Positions 1-13,839 of a stretch of DNA of 64,000 bases are shown here, one piece after another (the stretch's first letter is position 1; each line of letters opens with the position of its first letter). Below the pieces are notes generated by a model. That model made no database searches. It was given only the letters and a program-made list of their open reading frames with translations, and was not told the origin of the DNA. The stretch is from Octopus vulgaris (taxonomy: Eukaryota). Made by a program: the position numbers and the translations under genes. Location: contig OX597816.1 in the NCBI GenBank assembly GCA_951406725.2, positions 83,886,001-83,950,000 of the forward strand, given 5' to 3'.

Positions 1-149
1 TTATTTCAGGGAACCTAGGAAGATGAGAGCTGACTCCAGCGGGATTTTGAACTCCGAATGTAGCGAGCTGGAACGAATGTTGCAAAGTATTTTCCGATGC
101 AGCCGTTTAGTTCGAGTACGCAAAAAAAAAAAAAAAAATTTTAAGGGCT

Positions 150-800
150 TGGGAATAACGATGTAAAGTTTTGACTAAAATTCCTAACAGATAATGGCTC
201 AGTAGTTGCGGAAATATTCAACAGGTGTACTGAAAGCGAAAGGGAGACGCTATTTTAACCACAAATGACAAAACAACCAGCACCTAAAAACTATTGACCA
301 ATAATCCATTTGCCTCATGTAGATGATATTGAATAGCGGGAAAAATATACATTTCAGATGATGCAAAGACGGTTTACGATATGAAGATCAGTTATTGTTA
401 AATAAAATCTCGCAAATAAAATCTGTAGAAAAAGAAAAAAACCCAATGTGGACTAGTGTATAGTATGGATTATTAATAGAACGGTTTTGAAAGTGTTCCT
501 TACTCTTGGATTTGGAAAACAGTGACCATAAGCAATGTAGTGCGCATAACAAGCATATACATACAACCTGTTATGAAATTATGGCAAGCAATGCTATAGT
601 TACAAACAAGAAGGGATAACTAAGACCATTGCCATTAGAGAATATAATACCCAGGGAACTTTCTCTGTCTGTCTGTCTCAACATTTTGCTCCTAGGCCTT
701 AACACTTTGAATCATCATTCTAAATCGGCTTGAACTCAAGTGCAAATTGTCTAAAACAAATCAACTACTTGAAATATTTGCACGGACTAAAATATATATT
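150..800 (+). pseudogene. Highly decayed reverse-transcriptase fragment of an R4/Dong-like (RLE) non-LTR retrotransposon
   Basis: Frameshifted remnants occur in the expected order: DQLLLNK (~387), 'ttttgaaagtgttccttactcttggatt' (~FDSVPHSWI, ~486), 'aatataatacccagggaac' (~GIxQGD, ~641) and an INHLLYMDDLK-like segment (~759). There is no intact ORF. Confidence 0.55.
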
Positions 801-949
801 TTGATTTAGAAATGTCATGAACCCTAGGACTTGAAGCCAGAGCATAACTCAATTTTCATGATATATAAGAGACCGAAATTACAAAACCTCCTCCTGAACG
901 AGACGCCAGTTTACCGCATGGTTAAATTCCCAGTTATTGCTGGAATTCG

Positions 950-1085
950 TTTACAGCTGAGTGGACTGAGGAAAAATGAAATAAAATGTTTTGCACAAAA
1001 ACACAACATACCATCCATTCCGGAAATCGAAACTACAATCTTATGATCATGAGTATAATACTCTAACCACTAGACCATACGCCTT
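950..1085 (-). mobile_element. Degenerate SINE family C, 5' part
   Basis: Reverse complement matches the tRNA-like head and core of the copies at 46136 and 60474 (aaggcgtatggtctagtggttagagta...gtttcgatttcc). Confidence 0.7.
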
Positions 1086-2163
1086 CGTACACACACACAC
1101 ACACACTCAAGAAATAAAAGTTAAGAACAAAGTATTAGAGACATATTAAGTTAAGTTTGGAGAAAGAACTAAATGCCGAGAATATGCATAAGTAGTTGCA
1201 CTATAACCATTTCTGTAATATCTGTGGTTATAGTAATTTTAACCAGGAACCAAGTGAATTTGAAAAAAAAAGACAACAAAACAATGATTGCATTTGAATA
1301 CACCGCTTAAAATGTTACACAGAAAGATTATATTTTGCACCAACACAGATAAGTTAAAATGTTCTGTAACTAGAAGAAAACTGTTACAAAGTCTCTTGTG
1401 CGAGAATAATGAAATATCTTGTTCAGAAACAAATTTAAATAACTATAAGGCAAAATAAAAAGTAATTCTTTCCTGTCTTCAAGGGGAACAACAATTATGA
1501 AACAGCGACTGGATAACCGCCATTTTGATATGGATATAGAAAAGAAAATGACAGAATGCAAACACACACGCATAAACATACCAATATGAAGATGTGTATA
1601 TTTCTCCCATGTATTTTAGGTTATATAAAAAAAAATAGAGATAAAACCATTCATACATACGAGCATACACATGTATAATCGTGCTACACATTTATATGTC
1701 AAATATCATGGAGGCAATTGGACATGTTAAGGCACATAAAATACAGTACAGACATATACCCATACACGGTCTCATAAAATACATAAATATATATTTGCAT
1801 ATACCAGCGTATATTTATAGATCTATATTTGCATATACACCCACCCACCCATACACACACTCACACACACAAACATATAAACATACACATACAAATAAAA
1901 CCTGTATATTTTTCAAAGGAGTAAGAACTGAATTTCTTTCGAATAAACTGCTTAAATTTTTCATGATTTTATATTGCTTTGTTTTGTTCAAGTTTTATAT
2001 TCTAAGAAGTCGAAAGTGAGTAGTCGACAAGAGAACGTATTCTAAACATGATTATAAAGCTAGAATCTGTTTTCCCTGTCATCATACTTTGAAATAAGCT
2101 CCATCTACTCAAACCCGAAGTAAAGGAGATTGTAATAAAGAATAAATATAAAATGTACACACA

Positions 2164-2223
<60 letters not shown>

Positions 2224-2234
2224 TGTGTGTATAT

Positions 2235-2494
2235 ACTCTTTTACTTTGTTTCAGTCATTTGACTGCGGCCATGGAGCACCGCCTTTAGTGGAGCAAATCG
2301 AACCCAGGACTTATTTTTTGCATCACCCCCACCAACATCACCTGACAACCGATGCTGGTGTGTTTACGTCCCCGTAACTTAGCGGTTCTGCAAAAGAGAC
2401 CGATAGAATAAGTACTAGGCGTACAAAGAATAAGTTCTGGGGTAGATTTGTTCGACTAAAAGGCGGTGCTTCAGCATGGCCACAGTCAAATGAC
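2235..2494. mobile_element. SINE family B 3' segments in inverted arrangement (minus-strand tail, then plus-strand 3' half)
   Basis: 2235-2320 is the reverse complement of the family B tail. 2325-2494 matches the plus-strand 3' half of the copy at 30423-30833. Confidence 0.85.
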
Positions 2495-2989
2495 GAGTAT
2501 ATTCAGGTCTAGTCTTTACCTCAAACATTTCCTCTATTCCTTTTTATTCTCAGTCTTCTCTCTGTCCTTCCCTCACACGTTCGGTATTAAAACTCTTTCT
2601 CTATAGTCTCTCTCTCTCTGTGCTTTTCACTCTTTATCTCTCTCTCTCTCTCTCTCTCTCTCTGTTATTTTCTCATTCATGAAACAGTAGACCGGCGTTA
2701 CAGTATGAAATCCATGTAATATATAAGTCAGTGTCAATACGAGTGCAATATGATATTAAATATTATATATGCGTTCCTAAAGAAACAGCACAGGTGCAGA
2801 AAGAAACAGCAAGAGTAAGTAATTTCACCAAAGAAAAATTAATATAACACACACACACTCACACACAGAGGCAAGCTCTCAGTTATATATTACACAGCGA
2901 TTAATCAAAGCCAGGAGTTTCACTTGTTCAAGTAAAGGCTAATATATATATGCATATAAACACATATATGCGCGTAGACACATGCATAC

Positions 2990-3020
<31 letters not shown>

Positions 3021-3114
3021 TGTATGTATGTATGTATGTATGTATGTATGTATGTATGTATGTGTGTATGTATGTATGTACGTATGTATGTATGTATGTA
3101 TGTATGTATGTATG

Positions 3115-3150
<36 letters not shown>
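2990..3150. repeat. Compound microsatellite (TATG)n-(TA)n, typical of dozens in the window
   Basis: Read directly from the sequence. Confidence 0.95.
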
Positions 3151-3157
<7 letters not shown>

Positions 3158-3171
3158 CATACATATATATG

Positions 3172-3365
3172 TATGGGAAAATTTACGAAAAAACAACAAA
3201 AGACGAAGACAGGTAATGTAGACAGCAAACAGATGTATTAGTTTAACGCTTGGGAAGTGAAAATGTGTTTAACGTTTCGAGTCTACGCTCTTCTATAGAA
3301 AGGAACACAGAAAGAAACAAGGAAAGAAAATAATGTGTAGTGGCCAGCGATCTATCATGGCGAAT
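3172..3365 (-). mobile_element. Family D repeat (Penelope pLTR-like) with hammerhead-like motif
   Basis: Reverse complement aligns with the copies at 19015 and 40720. Motif on minus strand at 3268-3301: ttt-CTATAGA-A-GAGC-gtag-ACTC-GAA-ACGT-T-aaa. Confidence 0.75.
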
Positions 3366-3438
3366 ATTTATATATATATATAAGTATGTATGTATGTATA
3401 TATACATACATACATACATACATACATACATACATACA

Positions 3439-3499
<61 letters not shown>

Positions 3500-5141
3500 T
3501 TACAGGGTGGACCAAAAGTAGGTTCACAGTTATTCAACTTTCTGTTTCACATTCATATATTAACAGTTTAGATCTTAATTATAAAAATATATGAAACCAT
3601 TATACTATGTTAATTGAGTTGATTGCACTATCTGCCGAAATAGTTACAATAGGCTCCTGTATCACGAGCTTTTAGGTTTGAAGTAACATAATAGTTTCAA
3701 ATTTTAGCATAAGGCTAGTAATTTTGAGGAGAGGGAACAAGTGGATTATATCGATCCCGGTAACTAGCAGGTATTTTATTTTACCGGCCCAATAAGGACT
3801 TGAACTCAGAATGCCAGTAAAAATACTGCCAACAATTTTTTTCTGACATCTCAATAGTTCTGCCACTCACTTTGATGACTTTTGCGAAAATATGGGAAAA
3901 ACAATAATAAGATATCACAGGAGATGCTCCAGCGCGGTTTTGATCGTAATTGCTGAAACAAACTAGAAACTAACAAAGAACACATATGCGTAAAAATTAA
4001 AATGGAGCTCCTTCAGTTTCGACTATGACCCTTCAATTTGTTCGATCAACTAAATTTACCTTCTCATCGAAGTAAGTGGATGAGTATTCTGCACGTGCAC
4101 TCTTGAGATAATTCTTGCGTAGAATCAGAGTTACAGGGTTTGAACCTTTGAACTACAGACACAACCAACTCGATTGGCGTCTACGAAGTTTCCACCACTC
4201 CTCTCATAATGATTTGTTTATGAAAATGGTCCACGCGTGGTTATAAGAAATGACACTTCTTCAACATGTAACATGGGAGGTGGAATTGAACCCAAAAGCT
4301 CGTGACAAGGAAGCGAACTTCTTAAACATTCGGCCACGTTACCTCCACCTGCGCATATACATACGAATACATGAGCAGTAAGGGAATACGATTGATTATT
4401 GCAGCCGACTGCAAGTCATTAACCGTATACGCACTGTGACTTCAAATCTTTCAGATGACATCTAGGTGTATTAATTCATTAGAAACAAGGGTTTCATATG
4501 TTCAACAAACAAACAAATAAGTACAAAATGAAGACAAAAAAAAGGAGAAACGAAAAACAACAAAACATGGCGTTTGTTTGAGTTTGACGATGGCTGTGTA
4601 GAAACAACTATTGACGTTGAGTGACATTCGATCTGATTTTTTTGTGTATTTTTTCTTCTTCAAACAACAACAACAACAACAACCACCACCACCACCACCA
4701 CCACCACCACAACAACAACAATAATAAAGCATCTTAAATCAATGATGTTATCTTAATTATTCCTGAAGTCTGTTAGTGTCTGATGTCTAATGTCCGTGTG
4801 TAAACTTTAGTCGACCTTCCTATCACATTTTACCGTAAACACTGTTTATGGTTGTAATTTGTCGTTTTTCTTGCTGTTGCTGTTATTAATTCGTCCCAGA
4901 TGAGACCTGATGGAGCACACCGATGATCAAAGGTGTTTCAGCTGCAATGACGATAAACGATAGACTATTACCTGAGAGGGAGCAGAATTTGGCTGCAGTT
5001 TTTAGTAGCTGATCAAATCACCACCTAACGACTCCCTCTGTACTTGTCGTTAACACTCTAGTAGTAGTAGTAGTAGTAGTAGTGCAACTGTTGCTGGTAC
5101 AATGTTTATTTTTTGTGCTATATTCTTAGGGTTCTCCACAA

Positions 5142-5351
5142 GGCGGTGAGCTGGCAGAAACGTTAGCACGCCGGGTGAATTGCTTAGCGGTTTTTGTCTG
5201 CCTTTACGTTCTGAGTTCAAATTCCGCCGAAGTCGATTCAGCATTTCATCTTTTCGGGGTCGATAAATTAAGTACCAGTTGCTTACTGGGTCGATCTAAT
5301 CGACTGGTCCCCTCCCCCAAAATCTCGGGGCTTGTGCCAAAAGTAGAAAAG
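5142..5351 (+). mobile_element. Full-length SINE family A with target-site duplication
   Basis: Pol III A/B-box-like head (ggcggtgagctggcagaa...gagttcaaattcc) and central 'ttcatc..tcggggtcgataaattaagtacc' domain. The 16-bp direct repeat tatattcttagggttc lies at 5119-5134 and 5352-5367. Confidence 0.9.
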
Positions 5352-6296
5352 TATATTCTTAGGGTTCCACTGAGCGTTTGTCCTTGTTAACATCGAGTTT
5401 CAGCTCCCCATTTTATAAAGGGATGATAAACATCCCAGTACGTAGGGCGAAACTTCGGATGATGTGGTTTTTATTGCACATTTGAGGAGATGTAAGCCCC
5501 ACATTTACCTCTTCAACAATCCGTTTGGTATTTGTGCATCAAAACAAGAGTTATTTCCCCGAGGCTGGTGAATATAGCTAGGAGACTGCATACGCATACG
5601 ATCGGTAGTCAGAGCAAGTTCACGATAGCCAAGCTTGCACAAATCATTTCCAGTTGCAGTTCAATGAGATGCGGGTCAATTTAGGAGTCTTTGCTTTGCC
5701 GTTCAACCTGCTGTGAGTGGTAGCTAAGACAATTTTAATACTCATCCTACTGTCTTAACAAACAAAGACTGAATATGCATATCGCGGGACAGCACACTTT
5801 CAATAAAAGAAAAAAATTACCCTTGATTGTTCAATGAAGGTCGAGTTAGAGGAAGCCGAATTAACAATAACGACGATGAGCATAACAACAATCGCAAATA
5901 AATGAGTTTTATGGAACCAGGTTTTATAAAAAATAAAATTTTTCTGGACACAAGAAAGGAAGTTTGGTTCCAAAATCAGCCACTAGTCCGACCCTACGCG
6001 TTAGTTGAAACAGTGTTGTCTACACTGCCGCTTAGTAACTAGAGGTGTGGTTTCGATCATTGCTTAAGGTGAGTGGCGTAAGTAGATGATGACAGCTGAA
6101 TAGAATGAAACAAGTTTGTTTATCATATGGTTTCTCGCCTTTCTTTAAGATTAAGAGTATATATATATATATATGTATGTATATTCTAATAAATAAGATT
6201 TATACCTTGGCATGCATTGTTGACGCTTAGTTGATTTGGCATTGACAAAATCTGACACGGTCTTGTCTGTCTATATACATGTGCACCCCACTCTTT

Positions 6297-6340
<44 letters not shown>

Positions 6341-6792
6341 TACACACACACACACACACACTCTCTCTCTCTCTCACGCATACACATATATTTCAGTGCA
6401 AATAGGAAGGCCTTAACGACAGCTGCATCATATAAAAGCTATTTTTGTATTACATTATAATATCAATGTGTAAATCTCCCTTGGAAATTTACCTGTTTCT
6501 ATTCTCCATTTTTTCATTAAATGCAATCAATAGTAAGACAGAATTGATTAAGACTCCCATTGTATCGTATGTCACTCGGCGAAATCGATTTTTCTAACCT
6601 CGCTTCCCTTACAATTGCTCGTGCGGCCATCGTTTTTCATGCAATGTCTGATTACCTGCTGGCTGTTGTAATTGCATGTAAAGCAACAAATCAACGGTAA
6701 ATTATGCTGATTTCTTCAGCTAATAAAGCTACTTGTGTTACTACTAGCAGCACCACTGCTGCTGCAACTAATAGTACTCCTGTTGCACGTAT

Positions 6793-6852
<60 letters not shown>

Positions 6853-7074
6853 CAGAGACACATTTATCCATACATTGGCACACTACAGAGGTGACTCCTT
6901 GTAATCAAGTCAGAGTAGGAAGTATTAGAATTCAAAGCCATATAATCGAGGTAGACTACTTATAATGTATGTGTTCCGTCTTACGGTTTCTCATAAAAAT
7001 GAACTGTTTATATTAAAATCATTTTTTTTCTGCATTCATGTAGGAAACACCCCTGAATATATATATATATATAA

Positions 7075-7310
7075 TCCAAATTCTAAATTATCAACCTCCT
7101 TAGCAACAAATACACACAACCTCAAATCACAAAATATTCCATAAACCCTATCCTGGTCTATAATAAGCAAAGCTCGCCCATACAATGCAAACATAGGCAA
7201 GTGTAAGTTATGTCTAAAAGAATCATTAACCATCCTTCGCCATCGTAACTCCTAATTGCTTAATAGATTCTGTGATTGTTATTTATTTTTGTAAGCACAG
7301 GTACTACCCA
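7075..7310 (+). pseudogene. C-terminal GIY-YIG region of a Penelope-like retroelement (relic)
   Basis: Manual translation from 7082: SKLSTSLATNTHNLKSQNIP*TLSWSIISKARPYNANIGKCKLCLKESLTILRHRNS*LLNR...CKHR. This matches the PLE C-terminal pattern WSII..PY...CxLCLxE...LLNxR...CRH and contains two in-frame stops. Confidence 0.8.
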
Positions 7311-9397
7311 TCTTTCACACACTTCGTCAAATCTATGTAATCCCATAATAAGTTTCCATACCCACAAAAACCTTGAACTAAGACAAAGTCAGCCTTTCAA
7401 CCTATTACTTAAAAAATGCTAACCCTCGCCCTCTTATTCTTCCACATACATATGTATATTTTTTTGTATTAAATGTATTTAATATTTTTTGTTTATCGAC
7501 TTGCCTAACTTGCTTTTCTTTACATTTACTCCTCTACTTGCTGAAGCTGAAATCTCTTGAGCACTATAAGGCGTATTCTATACAGAGAATATGTGTCTCT
7601 AATCTTTAAACAATATATATATATGCGTGTGTGTGTGTGTGTGTGTGTGGATATATATATATATGTGTATATATATGTATATATATGTATATGTATATAC
7701 ATATATGCATATTTGTGTGTGTGTGATTGTGTGTGTGTGTGTGTGTGTGAAACGAAGCTGATTTCGGTTTTGATACATAACCAAGAGGAATGAACTTACT
7801 TGCAGAATGCACTTACAGAACTACAACAGAACATGATATTTTCTCTTGCCCGGGTTTTTTTTTAGAGTAATACTGGATATTTGGGCTTCCTTCGATGACG
7901 TCAGGTTGCTGTCCCGTTTACTGGAAGCTATTCTTGTTAATATAAATTATCTGTTCTTATTTTGTGCGCATTGTAAATCCCCACATTTGTTTCTGCTCTG
8001 TTTTTTTCTTTTTTTTTTTTTTTAGGTGTCCGACCATATGGCTAATATGGAAATCGCAATAAGGATGCTTTCTTACAAAGACACAAGATCAGAAATTTTG
8101 ATGGAAGAGAAAGGACAGCCATATATTTATCTAGAATTTGTTTGGTTGTTTATTTTTTTGCTGGCGAAATATAAATATGAAGAGTTGTGATTGCCTCTGA
8201 ACTAGAAAGCCATTCAAGGAAATTCACAGATCAAATATCTCTCTGACCACTATTGACAAAAGTCGTTGCATAGCTTTTATTCTCCAGTATGTTAAGAGTC
8301 ATTATATTCTCTATTTTTGCGCTAGTCATGTATCTTCTGACAAATTCATTGGAAGAGAGCACTTCCTTTATCACCCTTACATGTTTGTTCTCAATTCTTC
8401 TAGCCTCATCAACCACACAATCTCTTTCGCCATATCCATCAGACTGGAGAGCAATCTTGCCCCATCCAGTTGGAAGAGAGCAGCATAGCTTTTATTCCTG
8501 ATGATTCGGTCGATAACACACGGTAACAATGCCTGGACACTGTGGGAGTGCATGTTGTGTAGTTTTGTCGTTTTGTGCGCTTTAGGACACCCACCTTGCG
8601 GTAATTTCATCCTTTTATCCGCCTGTGCCAGTTAGCAATGCCAAGCTAGTGAATTTTTGGAAATTATCCATTGCAGTCCCCATCTCGGAAGCCCTCTGAA
8701 ACAGATCACTAGTTCACATTGATAAACGTCTAGAGTTTCTCTGAAGTTATCCTGTCAATCACTACTCTTCTTCACTTGCTGAAGTGGAACTTCCACTGAC
8801 TGCATTAGTAACCTGTCAAAAGGCGTTGCCACCAGATGTTTTATCAACGGAAAACATCTTCTCTTAAGGCTCCAATCTGGTCAGACGAGGATTAGGACAC
8901 CCACAAATAACAGTTCAAAATACACAATATTTTTTCTTACGAGAAATACGGCAAATTAAGGATGTCAATCGTCTCAGCTTAAACAGACATACATACTTGT
9001 AAAAAATAAAAATGTTTAAGTAAGATGACTCAGACGCACACACTGCTATACAGATATAATGAAAATATATTCACACCAGCTGCGACTTGCATATATGACA
9101 ACCAACGGCAGTAACAACATCAGCATTCAGATATGTTATGAAACCAATTTGATTTCCAATATAATTCCTATCTACACTTCCCATTTACCTACCTGTCCAG
9201 AGACGTACTAATTAATTAAATAGAGAATTGCAGGTGTAGTATTTATTGTGTTATTTACTACGGCTGTTCATTATGTAAGTAATTATTATGCCAGTCAGGT
9301 TTTGCCAATAATTATTAAAATATATGTGTGTCTGTATGTCTTATATAAAAATCTAAACAGCAGGCATCATTTCCACTAACGTAGCATTTGTAGAAGA

Positions 9398-9433
<36 letters not shown>

Positions 9434-10026
9434 ATGTGTGTCTGTGTGTGTGTGTAGGTGCATGATTGTATGTATTATGTATGTACGTATGTATGTATTT
9501 ATACATACACGTAAACACATTGCGGTTGATTGTTTACAAGATTTAAATTCTATCGTCCTTTATGAAATTTTGTAGATCAATGTGGACTATGTAGATCAAA
9601 GATTTGCTATTTGTAGAAGAGGTATAGGCTCGGTCATTTTCTTTTACTTATCACTTTTATAATTCACATGAGTGTGTGTGTATTAATACATGTACACACA
9701 CATATACGCACACACACACACTCATACACACATATATATATATATATACCTATAACTACATATGTATATATAACTACAAATGCTCAATGAAATTCAATAT
9801 GCAGAAAATATAAGCCTAATTTTACATTGGACAGACACAAAACTACCCGGCTTCCATGAAGTCTGAGCACGTATCGACAATAAGCAGCCATTGCGACACA
9901 TCATTTTACACAGGATACACCCCTCTCTCTCTACATCTCTACATACACAAATATGTTTGTCCCTATGCGTATATATGCATACATACATACGTACATACAT
10001 ACATGCATACATACATACATGCACAC

Positions 10027-10100
<74 letters not shown>

Positions 10101-10800
10101 TTACACACACATACGCCACACATTAGTCGATAATACAAATTAACGATTAGTCAAAACAACTGAAAGATTAGTCATGGAAGTTATATTAATAGGAACATAT
10201 AACAAAAAACTCATCACAGAAATAACGTGAGTTATTAACAAAATGGCAACAGACACCATGGACAAACGATTTCCTGATTGCTGAAAGAAACTTGACGACG
10301 ACGATATCCAATAAATTTAATGTCCAATGAAGAAAAGATATAGCGGCTATAACAAATGAATGAGAAAGCCTCCTTTTGCTCATTCCACTGTTTAGAAACA
10401 GTTCCAGAATCTCTCTTGATGTATTCGCTAATGTCTTAAACATTCAATGACATATTTAGATTTTAGGTTCGATCGATCAGTACTAATCTTAGACTAAGCA
10501 ACCGAATGAATACCAATTGAAGTAAATAATAGTATGTAAATAAATGATTTTCAAAATAGATGAGTAATTAAACCGGTGTAAATAAAATAATTTAGTTCTA
10601 TTGCAGATGCCACTAGGAATATCTTGACTCGTCAACAAGAATAGGAAAATTGATAGACTAAACCGGGCATGTAAGGAATGATAATAGGATATGAAATTTC
10701 TGAATTTTAAAAGAAAATTAAGCAGAAATGAATTTTATTTATATTAACACGTATATAAAAAGCAAGCTGTTCCCCACGTAATTACTCACCTACAAGTATT

Positions 10801-10843
<43 letters not shown>

Positions 10844-11097
10844 AAGTATGTATGCATATATATTTTATACATGTGAAGATATATATTTAAAATTCACTAG
10901 GAAGTACCAAATGTAACAATAAAATAGATATTAAATTACCGCAGTAAATTAAATTGATGTATGTCTTAATAACTCAATATTCGTACTTCGTCGTATATTT
11001 TGAGTGTATACCTTTGCATGTTAGGTAATATAATTTCAGTTCTGCGTTAAAGCATTTAACATTGGTCATAAAAATATAGATAAATCTATACAGAAAT

Positions 11098-11100
11098 TCG

Positions 11101-11177
<77 letters not shown>

Positions 11178-11215
11178 GTCTATCTGTCTGTCTGTCTGCT
11201 TGTCTGTCTATCTGT

Positions 11216-11284
<69 letters not shown>

Positions 11285-11300
11285 TATATATATATATATA
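11098..11300. repeat. Compound (TATC)n-(TCTG)n-(TA)n microsatellite
   Basis: Read directly from the sequence. Confidence 0.95.
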
Positions 11301-11871
11301 ACGCACAGGAATAGGGATTTCAATTCCAGGCAGATACCATAAAAAAATATTGTGTGGGATTCTCAAGCTTTGAACCAGAGTTTGTACTGAAATTGCATGA
11401 ATAGAAATCGATTAGCTGTCAGAATTTAATATGCAAAAAAAATCATTTTAATTACATAGATGTTAAAAGTGTGCAATTCTCCATCCTTCATTATCTGGTC
11501 TTGACATAGTGGTTAATTATAAATATATTGTAATAATAAAGGAGAGAACTCAATAGTGTGGAAATTAACAAGTTCATTACTGTTACTGAATAGTTCAACA
11601 TTTCACAGTAATAATTTCATCCCGGGCAGGAATCCTTATGCAGTGGGATTTTTTGAAATGTGGATTGTATATTTTTGGCTCGAAAGTATGACGTTTTTAT
11701 GGTGTGGTTGGTTTCTTTTAAGGATTGGTATTATTTGTGCTCTCCTTGATTTCCAAGCAGTGATTTTGTGTGCCTTACCACGTTGGCGTGTGATCGATGA
11801 ACTGTAAAAATTATTGTGTATACAAAAGGTGAATGTACATACATACATACATATATACATACATACATGCG

Positions 11872-12520
11872 TTTGCAATCCAGGAACAGGAAATATCGAC
11901 CAAATACCTGATGCCCAAAAAGGATAGAGATGCAGGAAAAGCAGTAAAATGTGACAACCGATGCAGAGTTTGTTAAGTTCACACTGAAGATATCATCCAC
12001 TCCACATCATAAACAGTCGTCCGAAAATGTCATCACGGTATTATCTACCGATGAGACTCTTGAATGAAATCCATCGGAAGGATAATTCCAAGTGCAAAGA
12101 AATAAGAACCCACAATATGGTAAAAGATTTAGCCACTCATAATAAAAAGGAATACCGGTGGAATGTCTCAGTGAAGACCTCAATAAACTGTAAGCACAAC
12201 AAACCTGATATAATGATTTGAGATTGGGTACAGAATCTGTGCACAGTTGTGGAAATTAGCTGCCCAGCGGATGCTAACATAAAACTGAAGGTCAGTAAAA
12301 AAGAGAACAACTATGCTGAACTATTGAGAAATCTGCAGTTAGTCCATCCAGATTACAAGTTCAATTTTATACCTGTAATTATTGGGGCCCTGAGATATGT
12401 AATACACTGCCTAAATATAAATGTTGAGAAATTAGGCTTCTCAAAATTAGAAAGGAGAAACCTAATTCGAAGACTACAGATCCAATCCATCACTGGAACT
12501 GTAAAAATCTGTATGAAAGT
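11872..12520 (+). pseudogene. R4/Dong-like non-LTR retrotransposon C-terminus (CCHC knuckle plus restriction-like endonuclease), decayed
   Basis: AIQEQEISTKYL, CRVC...EDIIH, KMSSRYYLPMR, HNKPDIMI*DW...VVEISCP, IPVIIGAL and LQIQSITGTVKIC across ORFs 12027 and 12249, with stops and frameshifts. Confidence 0.85.
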
Positions 12521-12603
12521 TTCCAGAAATATATACTTAAAACGCCCAGTTTGGGAATCGAAACCGCGATCCTACAACTGAGAGTCTGCTGCCATAACCA
12601 CTG

Positions 12604-12653
<50 letters not shown>

Positions 12654-12851
12654 GTACATACATACATACATATGTGTGTGTGTGTGTGTGTGTATGTGTG
12701 TTATTTAGAGATAGACGTCCCCATGCAATTCATCAAATCCTTATACATCACAACATATCATAGAATTTTATTTTAATACTTACTAATCAGTTCTAAATTT
12801 ATATTCTACATTTGTTTCACGAGGTGCGTTTAACGTTCCCTAGACACTCAG

Positions 12852-12963
12852 TCTGAGTGTAGAAGTGTTTTGCTCAAGAACACAACGCATCGTCCGGTCC
12901 AGGAATCGAAACCACAACCTTACGATCATGAGTTCAACACCCTAACAACTAAACCACGCGCCT
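12852..12963 (-). mobile_element. SINE family C head fragment
   Basis: Reverse complement reads ggcgcgtggtttagttgttagggtgttgaactcatgatcgtaaggttgtggtttcgattcctgg...tgtgttcttgagcaaaacactt. Confidence 0.8.
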
Positions 12964-12964
12964 C

Positions 12965-12995
<31 letters not shown>

Positions 12996-13106
12996 ACATA
13001 TAGCAAAAGGAGAGGGTGTTACCACGCAGGAAAAAATATAGGGAAATATGTAGTTAAAAATGCTCCTAAATTTTAAAAATTCGTAAATGTTTAATTTATT
13101 TACATA

Positions 13107-13152
13107 TTTACCAAACTAGTTTCAACAATATTTTTTATTCATCAATGGTAAA
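13107..13152 (-). ncRNA. Decayed minimal type I hammerhead ribozyme motif
   Basis: Minus strand: tttacca-TTGATGA-(15 nt)-GAA-ACTAGT-T-tggtaaa. It has a 7-bp stem I and a palindromic stem III, but C3 is changed to U and stem II is eroded. Confidence 0.6.
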
Positions 13153-13412
13153 AGTTTAAAATTATGAATTAGAAAAAGATCTTTAAAAGTATCAATGAAA
13201 CCAAATTAGAACATTCCAATGTTGACAAATTAAAATGTTTCAATCTTGACAAATTAACATGTTCAAAACAGAAACATTTAGCATTATGAAGTAGGAGGAC
13301 AGGTGTAAGTTTGAATGTTCATAACAGTCAATAATATTAAAACTATATATCAATTTGTTTGAATGTACAAAGCTTATTAATGTTAGTGGTGATCGAAAGT
13401 CATACTGAGTTA

Positions 13413-13760
<348 letters not shown>

Positions 13761-13761
13761 G

Positions 13762-13804
<43 letters not shown>

Positions 13805-13839
13805 ATATATATATATATATGTATATATATATACACATA

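Noticed and set aside
3501-3535. Tc1/mariner-like terminus ta-cagggtggaccaaaagtagg
   Set aside because: No matching second TIR found nearby, so no element could be delimited.
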